Positions 24,216-36,023 of a DNA stretch of 47,184 bases are shown here, piece after piece. Within the stretch, counting starts at the first letter, position 1. Each line of letters opens with the position of its first letter. The notes under the pieces are model-generated. The model had not been told where the DNA came from. It saw only the letters and a list, made by a program, of their open reading frames with translations, and did no database searches. Source of the stretch: Octopus sinensis (Eukaryota); assembly GCF_006345805.1 (NCBI RefSeq), contig NW_021835301.1, positions 1 to 47,184 on the forward strand, written 5' to 3'. Made by a program: the position numbers and the translations under genes.

Positions 24216-24830
24216 ATAGAGAAGAAGAAGCGTCTATATACATAACTATAGGGCACTTCGTCCTTACATCTCACGTAATGCATATAAACGTATTCCAAGG
24301 AACGGGAATGTTCTCATGCTGGTCACAGACACAAAATGTCAAAAGCAATAAACGTTCGGGATAAAAGCAAATAAACCGCAGGTGAAGGATGACAGAAAGG
24401 CATGTAATAAAAATATGTGTAGCAATAATAAAATACAAGTAAGATAAAAGAAAAAACTGAAAATAGAAAATTAAAATCAACAAAAGTCACTTGAGAAGAA
24501 AATAAAGGAACTTTTCGGAACAGAGAATTCGGTTGGTTGATAAAACGAGTTTGTAATTATTATGAAAAGCATGGGAACTAATGAGACGACTCGATAGTAT
24601 GAAGTATATTCACACGCTCCACTACTTGACAATAAATAATATATTTCTCAATTTCTGCATTGTTCAATCAAAGATCCAACCTGAAATAAATGGACGTATT
24701 TTTCCTTTGTTATTAAAACGGCAAAAACCATTTGGAAATATAAATGTATTTGTGGCATATACACGCTATTCACAAATTGATATGCATTTATGTATCAGCA
24801 TTCCATAATTGTATATGCAAGCTCACATAT

Positions 24831-24870
<40 letters not shown>

Positions 24871-25494
24871 GCACGTATTCTTCTGTGGTTTTCGTTTTTC
24901 TATAATCGTGTGATCTACCACTGTTACTCTCATTCTTTGTTATAATAAACTAACCTGAACAGGTTTCGCACCATCTGTGGATTAATAACAATTTAATAAA
25001 ACATTGCAATGCATTAAGTCCTGTCTTGTGTGAATAGTTTTCCTAATCACCCGATTTAGATAGACATCCTATATAAATATATATATATAAAGATACACAC
25101 GCACACAAACACGCACACACACACACACACACACATTAAATATGTGTATGTATGTATGTGTGTGTATGTATTAATGGCATACCGAATTTTAAAGCATCAC
25201 AATGAAATGCTGAGTTTCACCATTTTGCGGCTTGTCAGGCAATGTTCAAATAGTTTTACTAGTGACACATTATCCTTTATAATTTAGGGGGGATGAAATT
25301 CAACGTTGGTCTCAGTAGAGTTTGAACTTGGAACGTAAAGTTTCGGAAGAAATGCAGCAAGGAATTTTCTTCGACGCTTTATCGATCCCGCTAATCAATC
25401 GATCTCAAACATCCAAGATAAAAATACTAAGAAATAAATTATAAACAAAAATTACAGGTGGCAGATTTTCACCGTGTAAAGATGAGATCAAAAG

Positions 25495-25708
25495 TAATTA
25501 TAGCCCCTCCTATCATGAGCACACGGCCTGAAATTTGTGGGGGAAGTTGTATGTTGATTACATCGACCGCTAGTTTTCAAATGGTACTTGTTCTTTCGAT
25601 CCTGACAAAAGGAAAAGAGAAGTGGACCTCGGGGGAATTTGAACTAAGATGAAATACCGCTGAGCATTCTGCCCGTCGTGCTGACGATTCTGTCAGCACG
25701 CTGCCTTA
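25495..25708 (-). mobile_element. SINE type B
   Basis: gggggaatttgaactaag...aaataccgctgagcattctgcccgtcgtgctgacgattctgtcagc is the reverse complement of the type B head. Confidence 0.85.
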
Positions 25709-25729
25709 ACTATAATAAAAATAATTTTT

Positions 25730-25935
25730 TTATTAAAGACACAAGGATTTAAAATGTTGGGGAGGGGGGATAGTCGATGACATCGACCTTAGAACTCAAC
25801 TGGTTTTATCGACTTCGAAAGGATGATGGCCAAAGTTGACCTCGGTGGCATTTAAACCCAGACCGTAGAAACAGACGAAATGCTGCAACGCGTGTTGCCC
25901 GTTGTCCTGGCGATTCTGCCAACTCGCCACCTTAA
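25730..25935 (-). mobile_element. SINE type B
   Basis: agtcgatgacatcgacc...aaagttgacctcggtggcattt...gcgattctgccaactcgccacctt. Confidence 0.88.
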
Positions 25936-26619
25936 CAATTAAATCAATAAATACAGTTATTTGTAGGTGACAATCCATAACACTACCCGTACAGCAGGAC
26001 GTAAGAAAGACAAAAATGCAGCCTTTGAATACTGGGTGGGGCATCCGCAAAGGGTGATTCGGAGTACGAAACAATCAAATCCGGTTGACCCGGATACGCC
26101 AAAGGCAAATGCCTTCTCTCAGTCTCTGCTGAGTCCTCTCTCTCCCTCTCTCTCCCGAGATAGAGCGGAAAAATATATATACACACACACATCAGAAGAA
26201 GAAGAAGAAGAAGAAGAAGAAAAAGGAGAAGAAGAAGAAGAAAACGAAGAAGAAGAAGAAACAAGAAGAAGAAAAGGGGGAGGAGGGGGAGGAGGAGATC
26301 AGAAAATAATGAAATCAAGGAAAATGAGAGCAGCTGGTGTGAGTGAGAACAAGAAGAACAATAATAACAGACCCCATGCTATTTGTTATGTAACGGCTCC
26401 ACCTCAGCTTGGTAGATGTAGAGCTAGAAGATGTCGGGTGTCACCTTGCAGTACCCCATATGTTACACTATTAGGAAGATGGAAGTATGCGTCACCTCCT
26501 ACTTGGTGTATTAATTGAAAAACACAAGCCTCTTGGGGCGCTCAAAGGGGACAATGGTTTCAGTTTCTATGTATATATGATTACATGTATGTATGTATGT
26601 ATGCATGTATGTATGTATA

Positions 26620-26821
26620 GGCCGCTGGTATTTATAAAGAGTTAAACACTTCCGGTATGCAAATTAGGGACCCCTTCATAGAGTAACTGCTGCATTTTTG
26701 AGTTTATAAACAGTTTCACTGCTTGTTTCTCTGGAGACTTTCAGAATGATGTAGACACCTCTGATGAGAACCTAGGAAGGTTCGAAAATCGATTAAGGTT
26801 GTTCATTACATCCCCCTATAG
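26620..26821 (+). mobile_element. ~200 bp unique insert carrying a hammerhead, probably a Penelope-like pseudo-LTR fragment
   Basis: Non-repetitive block between (TGTA)n and (TACA)/(TA)n tracts. Contains the canonical hammerhead, with tatttataaag, acttccgg and atgcaaat motifs upstream. Confidence 0.55.
26757..26799 (+). ncRNA. canonical minimal type I hammerhead ribozyme
   Basis: acct CTGATGA gaacc-taggaa-ggttc GAAA atcgat TA aggt. Intact core, perfect 5-bp stem II closed by G-C, palindromic stem III (AATCGATT), UUA triplet with cleavage predicted after 26795. Stem I is extendable (gatgta/tacatc). Confidence 0.88.
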
Positions 26822-26867
26822 ATATGTATACACATACATACGTATGTATAAGTAAATGCATATAAAT

Positions 26868-26928
<61 letters not shown>

Positions 26929-27029
26929 TTGTGTGTGTTTGTGTGTGTGTATACATATATACCAGCCACATTACAGAAGTTTAGGTATCTTTTCGGAGAG
27001 GCAATTATAACGGTCCAACGCTATTATAA

Positions 27030-29072
27030 TTTTAGCATATTTTAATCATGCATCTAATAAGCTTGCCTCTCGTATTTAGCGGGGGAGCTACAAAATCTTT
27101 TAAGATCAGTCATGTGACTATCATCTACCAAAGAAGTCCTATTCAAAACATATATTAATTAGAGCAATGAACTCCCTATAAAAATAGGAAAATAGGACAA
27201 GATTTGTCAGAAACAAGACAGTTGCGACATAAGCCGCGCCTTTCTATTTCAACTTTCGGAAAATCAGTGTAAACTTTGAAACCGGTTCAATCTTTAAATA
27301 TAATTAAAAATATTTTAACTATTCTCAGTGCATTTTCAACTTCTATTTTCCCTATATATATTCACCAGTGTCATCGTCAACGTCTGAAGCAGAGACTGAA
27401 AGTGAATATCAAGAGTCCGAAAAATCAGATGAAGAATCCACACAAACATGGAGGAAGTATAGCAAAACTAGAACTGCAACCAAGTTCATAATATCTTCCA
27501 AGCTATCAACCGAAAAAGCAGCAGCAATTTGTTGACAATTATCTCAAGATAGCCAATCTGGTGCTTACAGATCGATTATCAAACACTACATTTAGAAAAC
27601 TGGTCATTGCATTAGGATGGTAAAAGCATTGATGACCAAGAATACCAAGTGCTAGTTTTAAAGAATGAAGCACTCCAGTTACCAAACAGAAAATCTAATA
27701 CTGTTGTGAAAGGAATAACAGCTGTTTCAGATGAATACCATTTATGGAACTGTATAAAGATGATTGTCGCAGATATATCAAGTGTGAGCACTGGGAAAAG
27801 AAGTGGCATTGTCATTCAGTTGTTAAGACTGTTTCCTGAAACGAGTTTGAAAGAACCGCAGTTTATTGGTTGTCAGCATCATATCCTTGATAGAATTCTT
27901 CGTGTTGTAATGCATAACGAACTTGGAGAAGAAAAAAGTAATCTTCCAATATTGAATATACACTCATCACTGAACTTCAAAGTAATTACGAGAACCCCCC
28001 CCCCCCGTCTAATTTCAACAATGGCAGAGAAAAGATTATTGAATCAGCAGGATGGCGAGATGACATGAAATTTCTATTTCATTTGACCAGAATTTCTCGT
28101 TTTTTTTAAAGAAATCGGCAAATATTCTACTGTAAAGTTTCAAAAAAATTACCCAACTTAAGTAATGCGAGATGGAATTCTCGAGCAATGCTAGCTCTTT
28201 CGGCATTTATTCTTCTACCAGAGAAAAAAGTTTTGCTTCTTAACGCTTGTCGATTCATCATTTACAGCTGGGTAGATTTTTGGTTTACTGACCAAATGTT
28301 CAATGCACATGATTATCAGAAGTTGCGTGGTAGCCTGCAAGTTCATAAAAACGCATTGAACTCTGTAAAAAAACTGTTGGAGTTGAGAAACATCAAAACT
28401 GGACATTTCCAGAACAAGTCAGAGTGTAGAACGGGAAATCAAGTACCCTCAAGGTCTTTATGATGTTTGTAAAAAGAAAGAGAAACCTCAACTTCAGGAT
28501 ATTTCATCTAACAAAACACATTAATTCTTTGTTATGTTTAAATTTTTTGTATACTGTTATTTGAAATTTGAAGTAAACGTGTAAAGTTAAAAATATGTAT
28601 TGTTTTAATTTTGTATGCTATGGAATGCTTGAAGTGGCCTAATAGCCTAGTTTTGAACCTTTGCATTGAGCAATTTCAATTTAATAATCTTAAAAGTGTA
28701 TAAATACAATTTTACTCCAAGGATTTAGGCAGCGGAAATACAGAAGTGTGATTTTAGTGCTACCTAGTGATCATAGATTAAAAAACCTAAAACTCCGAAA
28801 CTATTTCAATTAGAAAGCTGAAATTTCAGATATACTGTATCTGCATTGCATTGAGTCAGCACACCAAGTTTTGGTAAAAACTTGAGCTGTCATTATGAAC
28901 CTCCCCTAGAATTTTTCATGATTTGGGTTAAAAGTGGTGATCGATTTCTTAATTTGGGGTGAGTTTTTTTTTGAAAATAAAGCAAAATAAATATTAATGT
29001 TCTGACAATTATAAAATTATTTATCGAAATATTATATCGAGTTATTAGGTTATGAAAATTTCATAACCCTAA
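27030..29072 (+). mobile_element. DNA transposon body around the transposase; right end probably at the terminal palindrome
   Basis: Non-microsatellite block flanked by (TA)/(CA) tracts. It ends in ttaggttatgaaaatttcataaccctaa (29045-29072). No matching left TIR was found, so the left boundary is approximate. Confidence 0.55.
27367..28524 (+). pseudogene. decayed hAT-related (probably hATm-like) DDE transposase
   Basis: With stops and frameshifts: WSLH*DGK (27601-27624, first D), EYQVLVLKNE, IKMIVADISSVSTGKRSG (second D), PQFIGCQHHILDRILR (CxxH), PNLSNARWNSRA (RW), SQSVEREIK (E), stop at 28522-28524. Confidence 0.85.
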
Positions 29073-29141
29073 TACACACGTAAATAAAAACATGTATACA
29101 TACATACATACATCCATCCATACATACATCTATACATACAT

Positions 29142-29209
<68 letters not shown>

Positions 29210-29596
29210 TATTTGTGTTTATATATATGTATAAATATATATATATATATTCGTGTATATATATATATTTGTGTGTTTGTATATATATATATATTTGTAT
29301 ATTTGTATATATATTTGTGTATATATATATTTGTATATATACACATATATATATATGGTATATATATATATTTGTATATATATATATATATTTGTATATA
29401 TATATATTTGTATATATATATATATATGTACATATATATATATATATTTGTGTGTATATATATATATATATATATATTTGTGTGTATTATATATATATAT
29501 ATTTGTATACATAGTAAATAGGGTAATAAAAATAAATTATTATTACCAGTGACCTAGCACAAAAGACGAATTAGTCATTAGACTATACGTTATTCA

Positions 29597-29674
29597 TATA
29601 TAAATACATTAAAAGGCTTCCAAATAAAGAAGCACTCGCTTCTTTATTTGGAAGCCTTTTAATGTATTTATATA
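29597..29674. repeat. perfect palindrome, 37 bp arms, 4 nt loop
   Basis: tatataaatacattaaaaggcttccaaataaagaagc actc gcttctttatttggaagccttttaatgtatttatata. Confidence 0.97.
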
Positions 29675-29685
29675 CATTTGTATAT

Positions 29686-29731
<46 letters not shown>

Positions 29732-29799
29732 TATATTATATATATGTACATATATATATTATATATATGTATATAATTGAATGTATAGCTAAGACTTAC

Positions 29800-30640
29800 T
29801 AATAATCTCTTGCCATCGATACACGTAGTTAGGTAGATTTTTCCATAACACAATCTTCAGACTATGGGCATGTGGTTTATTCTATATGGAATTCAGGATG
29901 CTAATACGCGAGAAACCACGAAAAAAAAGAGAAAAGTGTTTGTGGAAGAAGTAAAAAGAGAAAGCTGTGGCTTGAAATGGAAAAAAAAAGAAAGAAAAGT
30001 GAGAAAATTAGTTTTACGTCACCCTTGAACTTATAAATCCTAATCAAAATATCTGGTGTACAATAATTCAATGGGGAGGAAGGAGCTGAAAGTCTGCGAG
30101 ACAGCTGCTCAGCACGAAGAGGATATCCTCCATTTCGGCAAATGATATTTGTCCATATGCTTGTATTTGCTGAAAAGTTCGGGTCTGGAATCAAGTAATA
30201 TAGTTAAATTATTGGATCTAAAAGAATGTGTGATTTTTCGACTACGCCTAAGTTGCATCTCTTGAAGAATTTTCATTTGCCCTTGGTTCACATATTTGAC
30301 AATAACGAATGTTCAAGTATGGTAATGTGTGAATATCTCACTGGATTAATAACCTTTGATATACAGAAACTTTGGAAGATTTTATTCACTAAAGAATCTA
30401 CTTTTCATAAGACAGCTAATTTCCGTAATGGGCTATTAAAGCTCACACGATAAACATCGGCCTTAAGTTTACTATTTTGATAGGTTATATAAGACGGCAT
30501 CTTTTCGGTTCGTATGCTTTTGATGCTAATATAACAAATGACTCTTCCCAGCAGTTCGAACGAATATATTTTGACACTCATCTTGCTCAGTATTCTATAG
30601 CAACATGGTGTTCCTTCACACACTGGTCTCATTTTACGGT
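29800..30640 (-). mobile_element. decayed Penelope-like element: GIY-YIG endonuclease region plus 3' region
   Basis: Minus-strand pieces: YRILSKMSVKIYS, GRCLS, KRCNLGVVEKSHIL (30263-30222) and LLDSRPELFSKYKHMDKYHLPKW, matching the PLE endonuclease C-terminus (RCxLCxxEK...LNxRxELxSKCRH). A degenerate hammerhead lies downstream at 29826-29864. Confidence 0.75.
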
Positions 30641-31087
30641 GATTGCTAAATGCAAAATGTTCATACGTTAGTAATATAGAGATAGATTAATCCTCTGGTC
30701 AACTACAAGCCCCGATTACGTATAGTAAGATTAATTCTTCCCGGGTTATCTTCGTAATCTGACCTAGAAATGTTTAGGATTTCAAGCAAAGAATCAAAGA
30801 AGCGAAGAAAATTTACAACGCAACGATACAGGTATATAAATTTATAGCATAAAAGTGATGCGAATTATACTTTTGAGAATGGTGGGGTAAATTTGAACTT
30901 TATACTATAAGACTGCAAGTGACACTCGAATCACATTCTCCCTCCCTCACTCACCCTCTGTCTCCATCTTTACATATCATACAAACGCAGACCCGCACTC
31001 AACCACATGTGCGCGCATCCACACACATGCAAACACACACACAGAAGCACATGCGCATACATATATGCGATTTTGATGGAAGCATGT

Positions 31088-31470
31088 GACAGAATGGTTT
31101 GTGTATTCGGCTCACAACTGTAGGGCCCGAAGCTCGATTTCTGGAGGTTTGTTGTGTTATTTAACAAGACTAATGACATGGGGGTTAAAGTATTCGGCTC
31201 ACTATCATAAGGTCGTCAGTTCGATTCCGGGCAGTAAACATGAACGAGATTTTTATTTCGCATTACTTCAATCCAATCACCTGGCAAAAATGTGTTGCAC
31301 CGGTAATTCAAAGGGGGAGGGGGCTTGGCACATGTTGTATCAAGCTGCTGTACACATGTTCATGGAGTGCTCAGCCGCTTCCATGTCAATTTCATGTAGA
31401 GACGGTTCCGTAAAAACGGATCAACTGGAAAACTCGTCGTCGTCAGCGACGGAGTACCAGTTCTGTTCTC
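31088..31470 (+). mobile_element. SINE type C with duplicated tRNA-like head
   Basis: Heads gtattcggctcac...ctcgattt (31088-31145) and gtattcggctcac...gttcgattccg (31170-31232). Tail ggagtgctcagccgctt...ggatcaactggaaaactcgtcgtcgtcagcgacggagtaccag. Confidence 0.8.
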
Positions 31471-32175
31471 AATGATTAATTTCCCGCCAAATGTATCTTC
31501 CGCATCTCCTTATCTCACCGCCTTTCCAACGCTAATTTCATCTCACCAAATCAGGCATTAACTCTAAAAGAAAATCTTTGACAAACATCCAAAAACGCGA
31601 ATTTCCTTTAAAATATTTTGTGATAGTAAAGATACGGATCATCAATTTCGTAGTGGTTCACGCCTGGAAAGCCTAAAACCGAACTGAGACTTCACAGATC
31701 CAAATGGGATTAAATTTTTATGGAATATTCTGCTTCACATTCAATAGGTGACGTTCGCATTTGTAGCAATGATGGTTACCCATTCATCCATTCTTTATGT
31801 GTCCATGTGTGCATGTGCGTGTGTCCGTATGGACGTGTGTGCGTGCATACGTTATTTATTTATCTTTTACACTCCAGAGAAGATTTCATTGACCATTTCC
31901 ATAATCTATCTACTGATACATCGTTTATCATTGGCGGATTCATAGATATTCTTGAAATGAATAGCAAATACACACACGTACATACACACACATATGTGTG
32001 TGTGCGTGTGCATCTTTACAGACATGACTGTATGAGACTATGACAGTATGACGGTGTTCTTAGTTCCACATAAGCAACCCCGTAAATTATAAATTCTGTA
32101 CATCGACAGGTATACTTTGCTTACTTCCACACACAAACAAACACACACACATATATATATTCCTAGAAATTCCTA

Positions 32176-32234
<59 letters not shown>

Positions 32235-32245
32235 CATGCATATAT

Positions 32246-32314
<69 letters not shown>

Positions 32315-33159
32315 ATATATATATATACATATATATATATGTATAAATACAGGCATATACCTATATGTATATTATATATATATGTATACGTATACATATA
32401 TATATATAGACGTACACATACACACACACGCATATATATATACATCAAGCCAAGCAGTATATTACTAAATGAATGAATGTGTGTGTGTGTGCGTGTCTCA
32501 CTTTGAGAATATAAAGAAGTTTTAGCGGGTCTACAAGAAAATCTCTCAAATATATATGATAATTGAGGCTAATGCATAGAGAAAAAAAATCATAAATAGA
32601 AACATATATATGTTTATGTATTATATATATATATATATATGAATATATATATATATATATACATACGAATATATGTATATATATGCAAGGGTGTGTGCGT
32701 ATACATATGTATATGCATGTGGTAGACATGTGTAATACATATATATGCATACATATACACAAACACATATATCTCTCTACACATATATTGATATATATAT
32801 GTGTGCGTGCGTAAGTGTGTGTGTTTGTATGTGTGTATGTGTGTGTGCGTGTGTGAACGAGATGCTGCAATACATCATCTACAGAATACAAAGAGCTCCA
32901 GGAATTCTATGATGTAATAATGGAACTATTTATTTCTTATTTTCAAGATAATGGCTGCTACTGGAGAGAGGTTATGGAGGTGTGGGTGTTTCTGGGTGCG
33001 GGTATCTACCTGTGCAATGGTGTTTATACATTTGTGTTTATATATATATATAGAGAGAGATATAAATATATATGCATACATATATTTTAATATATATACG
33101 CATATATCAGTTTTTATTGGTTTTGAGCTAACATTATACACACAGACTCACACACACAC

Positions 33160-33203
<44 letters not shown>

Positions 33204-33311
33204 GTATGTTTGTATGCAATTTCTACTGTATGCTTGTATGATGTTTTCTTCATTCGTGTATCTATCCATGCATCTGTGTATGTTTTTACCTCGCTTTCTT
33301 TATCTATCCAT

Positions 33312-33351
<40 letters not shown>

Positions 33352-33435
33352 TACTCTATCTATCCTAGCTTTTGTGTACCCGTTTCTCTTTGTGTTTCTC
33401 TGTCTTTCTCTCCCTCTCTTTTTTTGTTTCTTTCT

Positions 33436-33489
<54 letters not shown>

Positions 33490-33693
33490 CTATCTATCTA
33501 TCTATCTATCTATCCATTTCCCTATCTAATATGGGTTTTAAAATACCCGGTTCCATATATCTGCTCAAAGCGATGTTTTCTATTGAATAAGGAGAATATG
33601 AATTCTTTCATTCATCATTTCATTTGGCGTCTCTATTACTGGGTTGGAAATGCCTCTGTGTCATTCCATCTATGTCAAAGAGCGTAAGTACAG

Positions 33694-33748
<55 letters not shown>

Positions 33749-34329
33749 AATCGATAGATAAATTCGTTATACTAAAAATATCTCTTATTTGCAGAAAGAT
33801 TTGTGAGAGAATTTGATACATTTTAGTTAAATCCTGCACATGTTGAAATGCATTGATAAAGAGTTCCTTCTAGGGACACTGCAGCCAGGCAGTTGGTGTC
33901 AGGATTTGATATCTATGGTGTGGATTCCTTCTACAGACCAATCAAACATCCAAAATGTTAGAATCAACACTGGTACTGAATATGTATCATGGGATATTGT
34001 ATGTATGTAGAATATCCCAAAATTCATTTGTATGTGTGTATGTATGTCATTATTCAGTTTTATTTCAAGATTTCTTGCAAATAGAGAAAGAGCCGGTTTC
34101 TAACCTAGATCCGAGGCTCCTTCATTGGAATTTCAACATCAGTAACAGGGTATTATTGTTTGTATGTATGTATATGTGCAGATTTATATGTTTTGTTTTA
34201 TGTATATATTCTCATGCATAAAGTTACATATCTAGACATGCTCATATATATTTAAATGATAAACTTATGTGTGCGGGTGTGTGAGTGTGTGTATATGATA
34301 TAGGCATGTATTCGTATGCGTGTTTGTCT

Positions 34330-34497
34330 ATGTCTTCTCATCGGTTGATAACCATTGCTCGTTTGTTTCCGTCCCTGCAACAGTGCGATCGGCAAATATC
34401 AGTGCCGCCATGGTTTGGCTGGACAAACCCCACTTCAAAGCACTGAGTGGAACAACTACAACAGTAAAAGAGTAAAAGAATAAAAGAATAAAAGTAT
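34330..34497 (+). mobile_element. degraded SINE type A 3' part with (AGAATAAA)-like tail
   Basis: catcggttgataaccattgctcgtttgtttccgtccctgcaac...acagtaaaagagtaaaagaataaaag. Confidence 0.55.
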
Positions 34498-35717
34498 TAT
34501 ACACGTGTGTGTGTGTGTGTGTGTATGTGTGTCTCAATTGCTGTATTGTAAATCTTGCTGCATATAATATTATCAACATCAAGTGCGGTATGTATAAAAA
34601 AGATTATGCGACCACTGCTTGGTTAACAAGAAAGCGAGTTTTTGTAGGAATCGTAATTTTCGTGGAAATTTCGTTTATTTTTTGCTCATATGAATGTATA
34701 TACATATATACATTCCTGTGTATGCATGTGTGTATATGTAATGGTTCTTGTGTATGCAAAAGAAAAGCGATCTACACCTGTAATATTGAAGCTAATAGAA
34801 AAGAGGCATTCATGCTATTTCATACGAAGTGAATAGTAAATTCTACCAAGAAACGACGAACACAACAGAGAATCTACTCCTACATTTATATCTACACATC
34901 GATGCTTATATGCCAACACTTGATGAAATTTATGGAGGACAGTGGAAGTAAAATAATGGCAGGAGAAAAGGTCTGCGTCGCAGTGAAACATTACACGATC
35001 GTTTGTTGTGCAAGTCAAAAGCAAATGTAAGGTGAGTTATGGGAGAAGCGGTAGGAATCACGAAAATATCCAACAGTTATATGGGATAAACATAGTGTGA
35101 TATATATTTTATCAAATCGTATGAAGCAGCTTATGTGATCTGCTCGATATGAAAGGAATGAAGAATTACTAGGATATCAAATGGTATTGTCCTGGTTTAT
35201 ACTTACACGCATTAATACATATTTGCTTCATATGTTATTGCATTCGTTCAGCAGATATATATATCAAATACTTTTGCTGTGTAGATGAACGAAAACGAAG
35301 TTGCCAAACAGCCTGTGCGATTCTATGGAGACACCACTTTGACTTGCCGAAAATAAATGAAGAAAACAAAAGAACTTATGTCATGTCAGAAACTCTATTA
35401 AAATGACTTCGTTGGTGGTGAGGCAGTTACATTGGTTTGGTCTGTTTGGAAATAAATGGTGAGATTGGTGAAACAGAAACCAAAATGAAGAATTATTGTC
35501 TTGGGAGGTGCGATGGATATACTTCTGCATGCACATAGTGGAGAAAGCACCGCCAGGAGTCATGCGTGCAGCGATATATTAATGTGTCTAATTTGGAATA
35601 TCGATAGAATCGGTCCAAGTCCTTTGTTCTATTTCGAAGTGATTCTTCACGTCCTTAGTTCAAATCTTACTGAGGCAAGTTTGCTTGTCGTCTTCACAGG
35701 GCTAGAGAAGAGCTAGG

Positions 35718-36023
35718 GGGAGGCACATGGCCCCGTGGTTAGAGCAGCGGACTTGGAGTCGAGGGATCGCGGGTTCGAATCTCAGACCGGGCGGTGTGCG
35801 TGTGTTTATGAGCGAAACACCTAAACTCCACGCGGCTTCGGCAGAAGGTAATGGCGAACTTCTGCTAACTCTTTCGCCATAACTTTCTCTCACTCTTTCC
35901 TCCCGTATCTTGCAGCTCACCTGCGACGGACCAGCATCCCGTCCAAGTGGGGAACCTATACGCCATGGAAACCGTGAAACCGGCCCTTATGAGCCAGGCG
36001 GGGCTCGAGAAGGAACAAACAAC
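35718..36023 (+). mobile_element. tRNA-derived SINE type D, full length, 14-bp TSD
   Basis: A box tggccccgtggttag, B box ggttcgaatc, tail ending aacaaacaac. Flanked by the perfect direct repeat agagaagagctagg at 35704-35717 and 36024-36037. Confidence 0.93.

Noticed and set aside
25967-26518. 183 aa ORF
   Set aside because: Its length comes from (GAA)n and G-rich tracts; the flanking parts show no recognisable domain or convincing splice sites.
33848-33875. tgca TTGATAA aga-gttcct-tct motif similar to the 11211 ribozyme
   Set aside because: AGGG replaces GAAA and there is no UH site; at most a very old relic.
34830-35036. Possible exon ending at AAG/GTGAGT, or a LINE RT-upstream relic (MPTLDEIYGGQW)
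   Set aside because: In-frame stops, no clear acceptor, and the resemblance is too weak to call.
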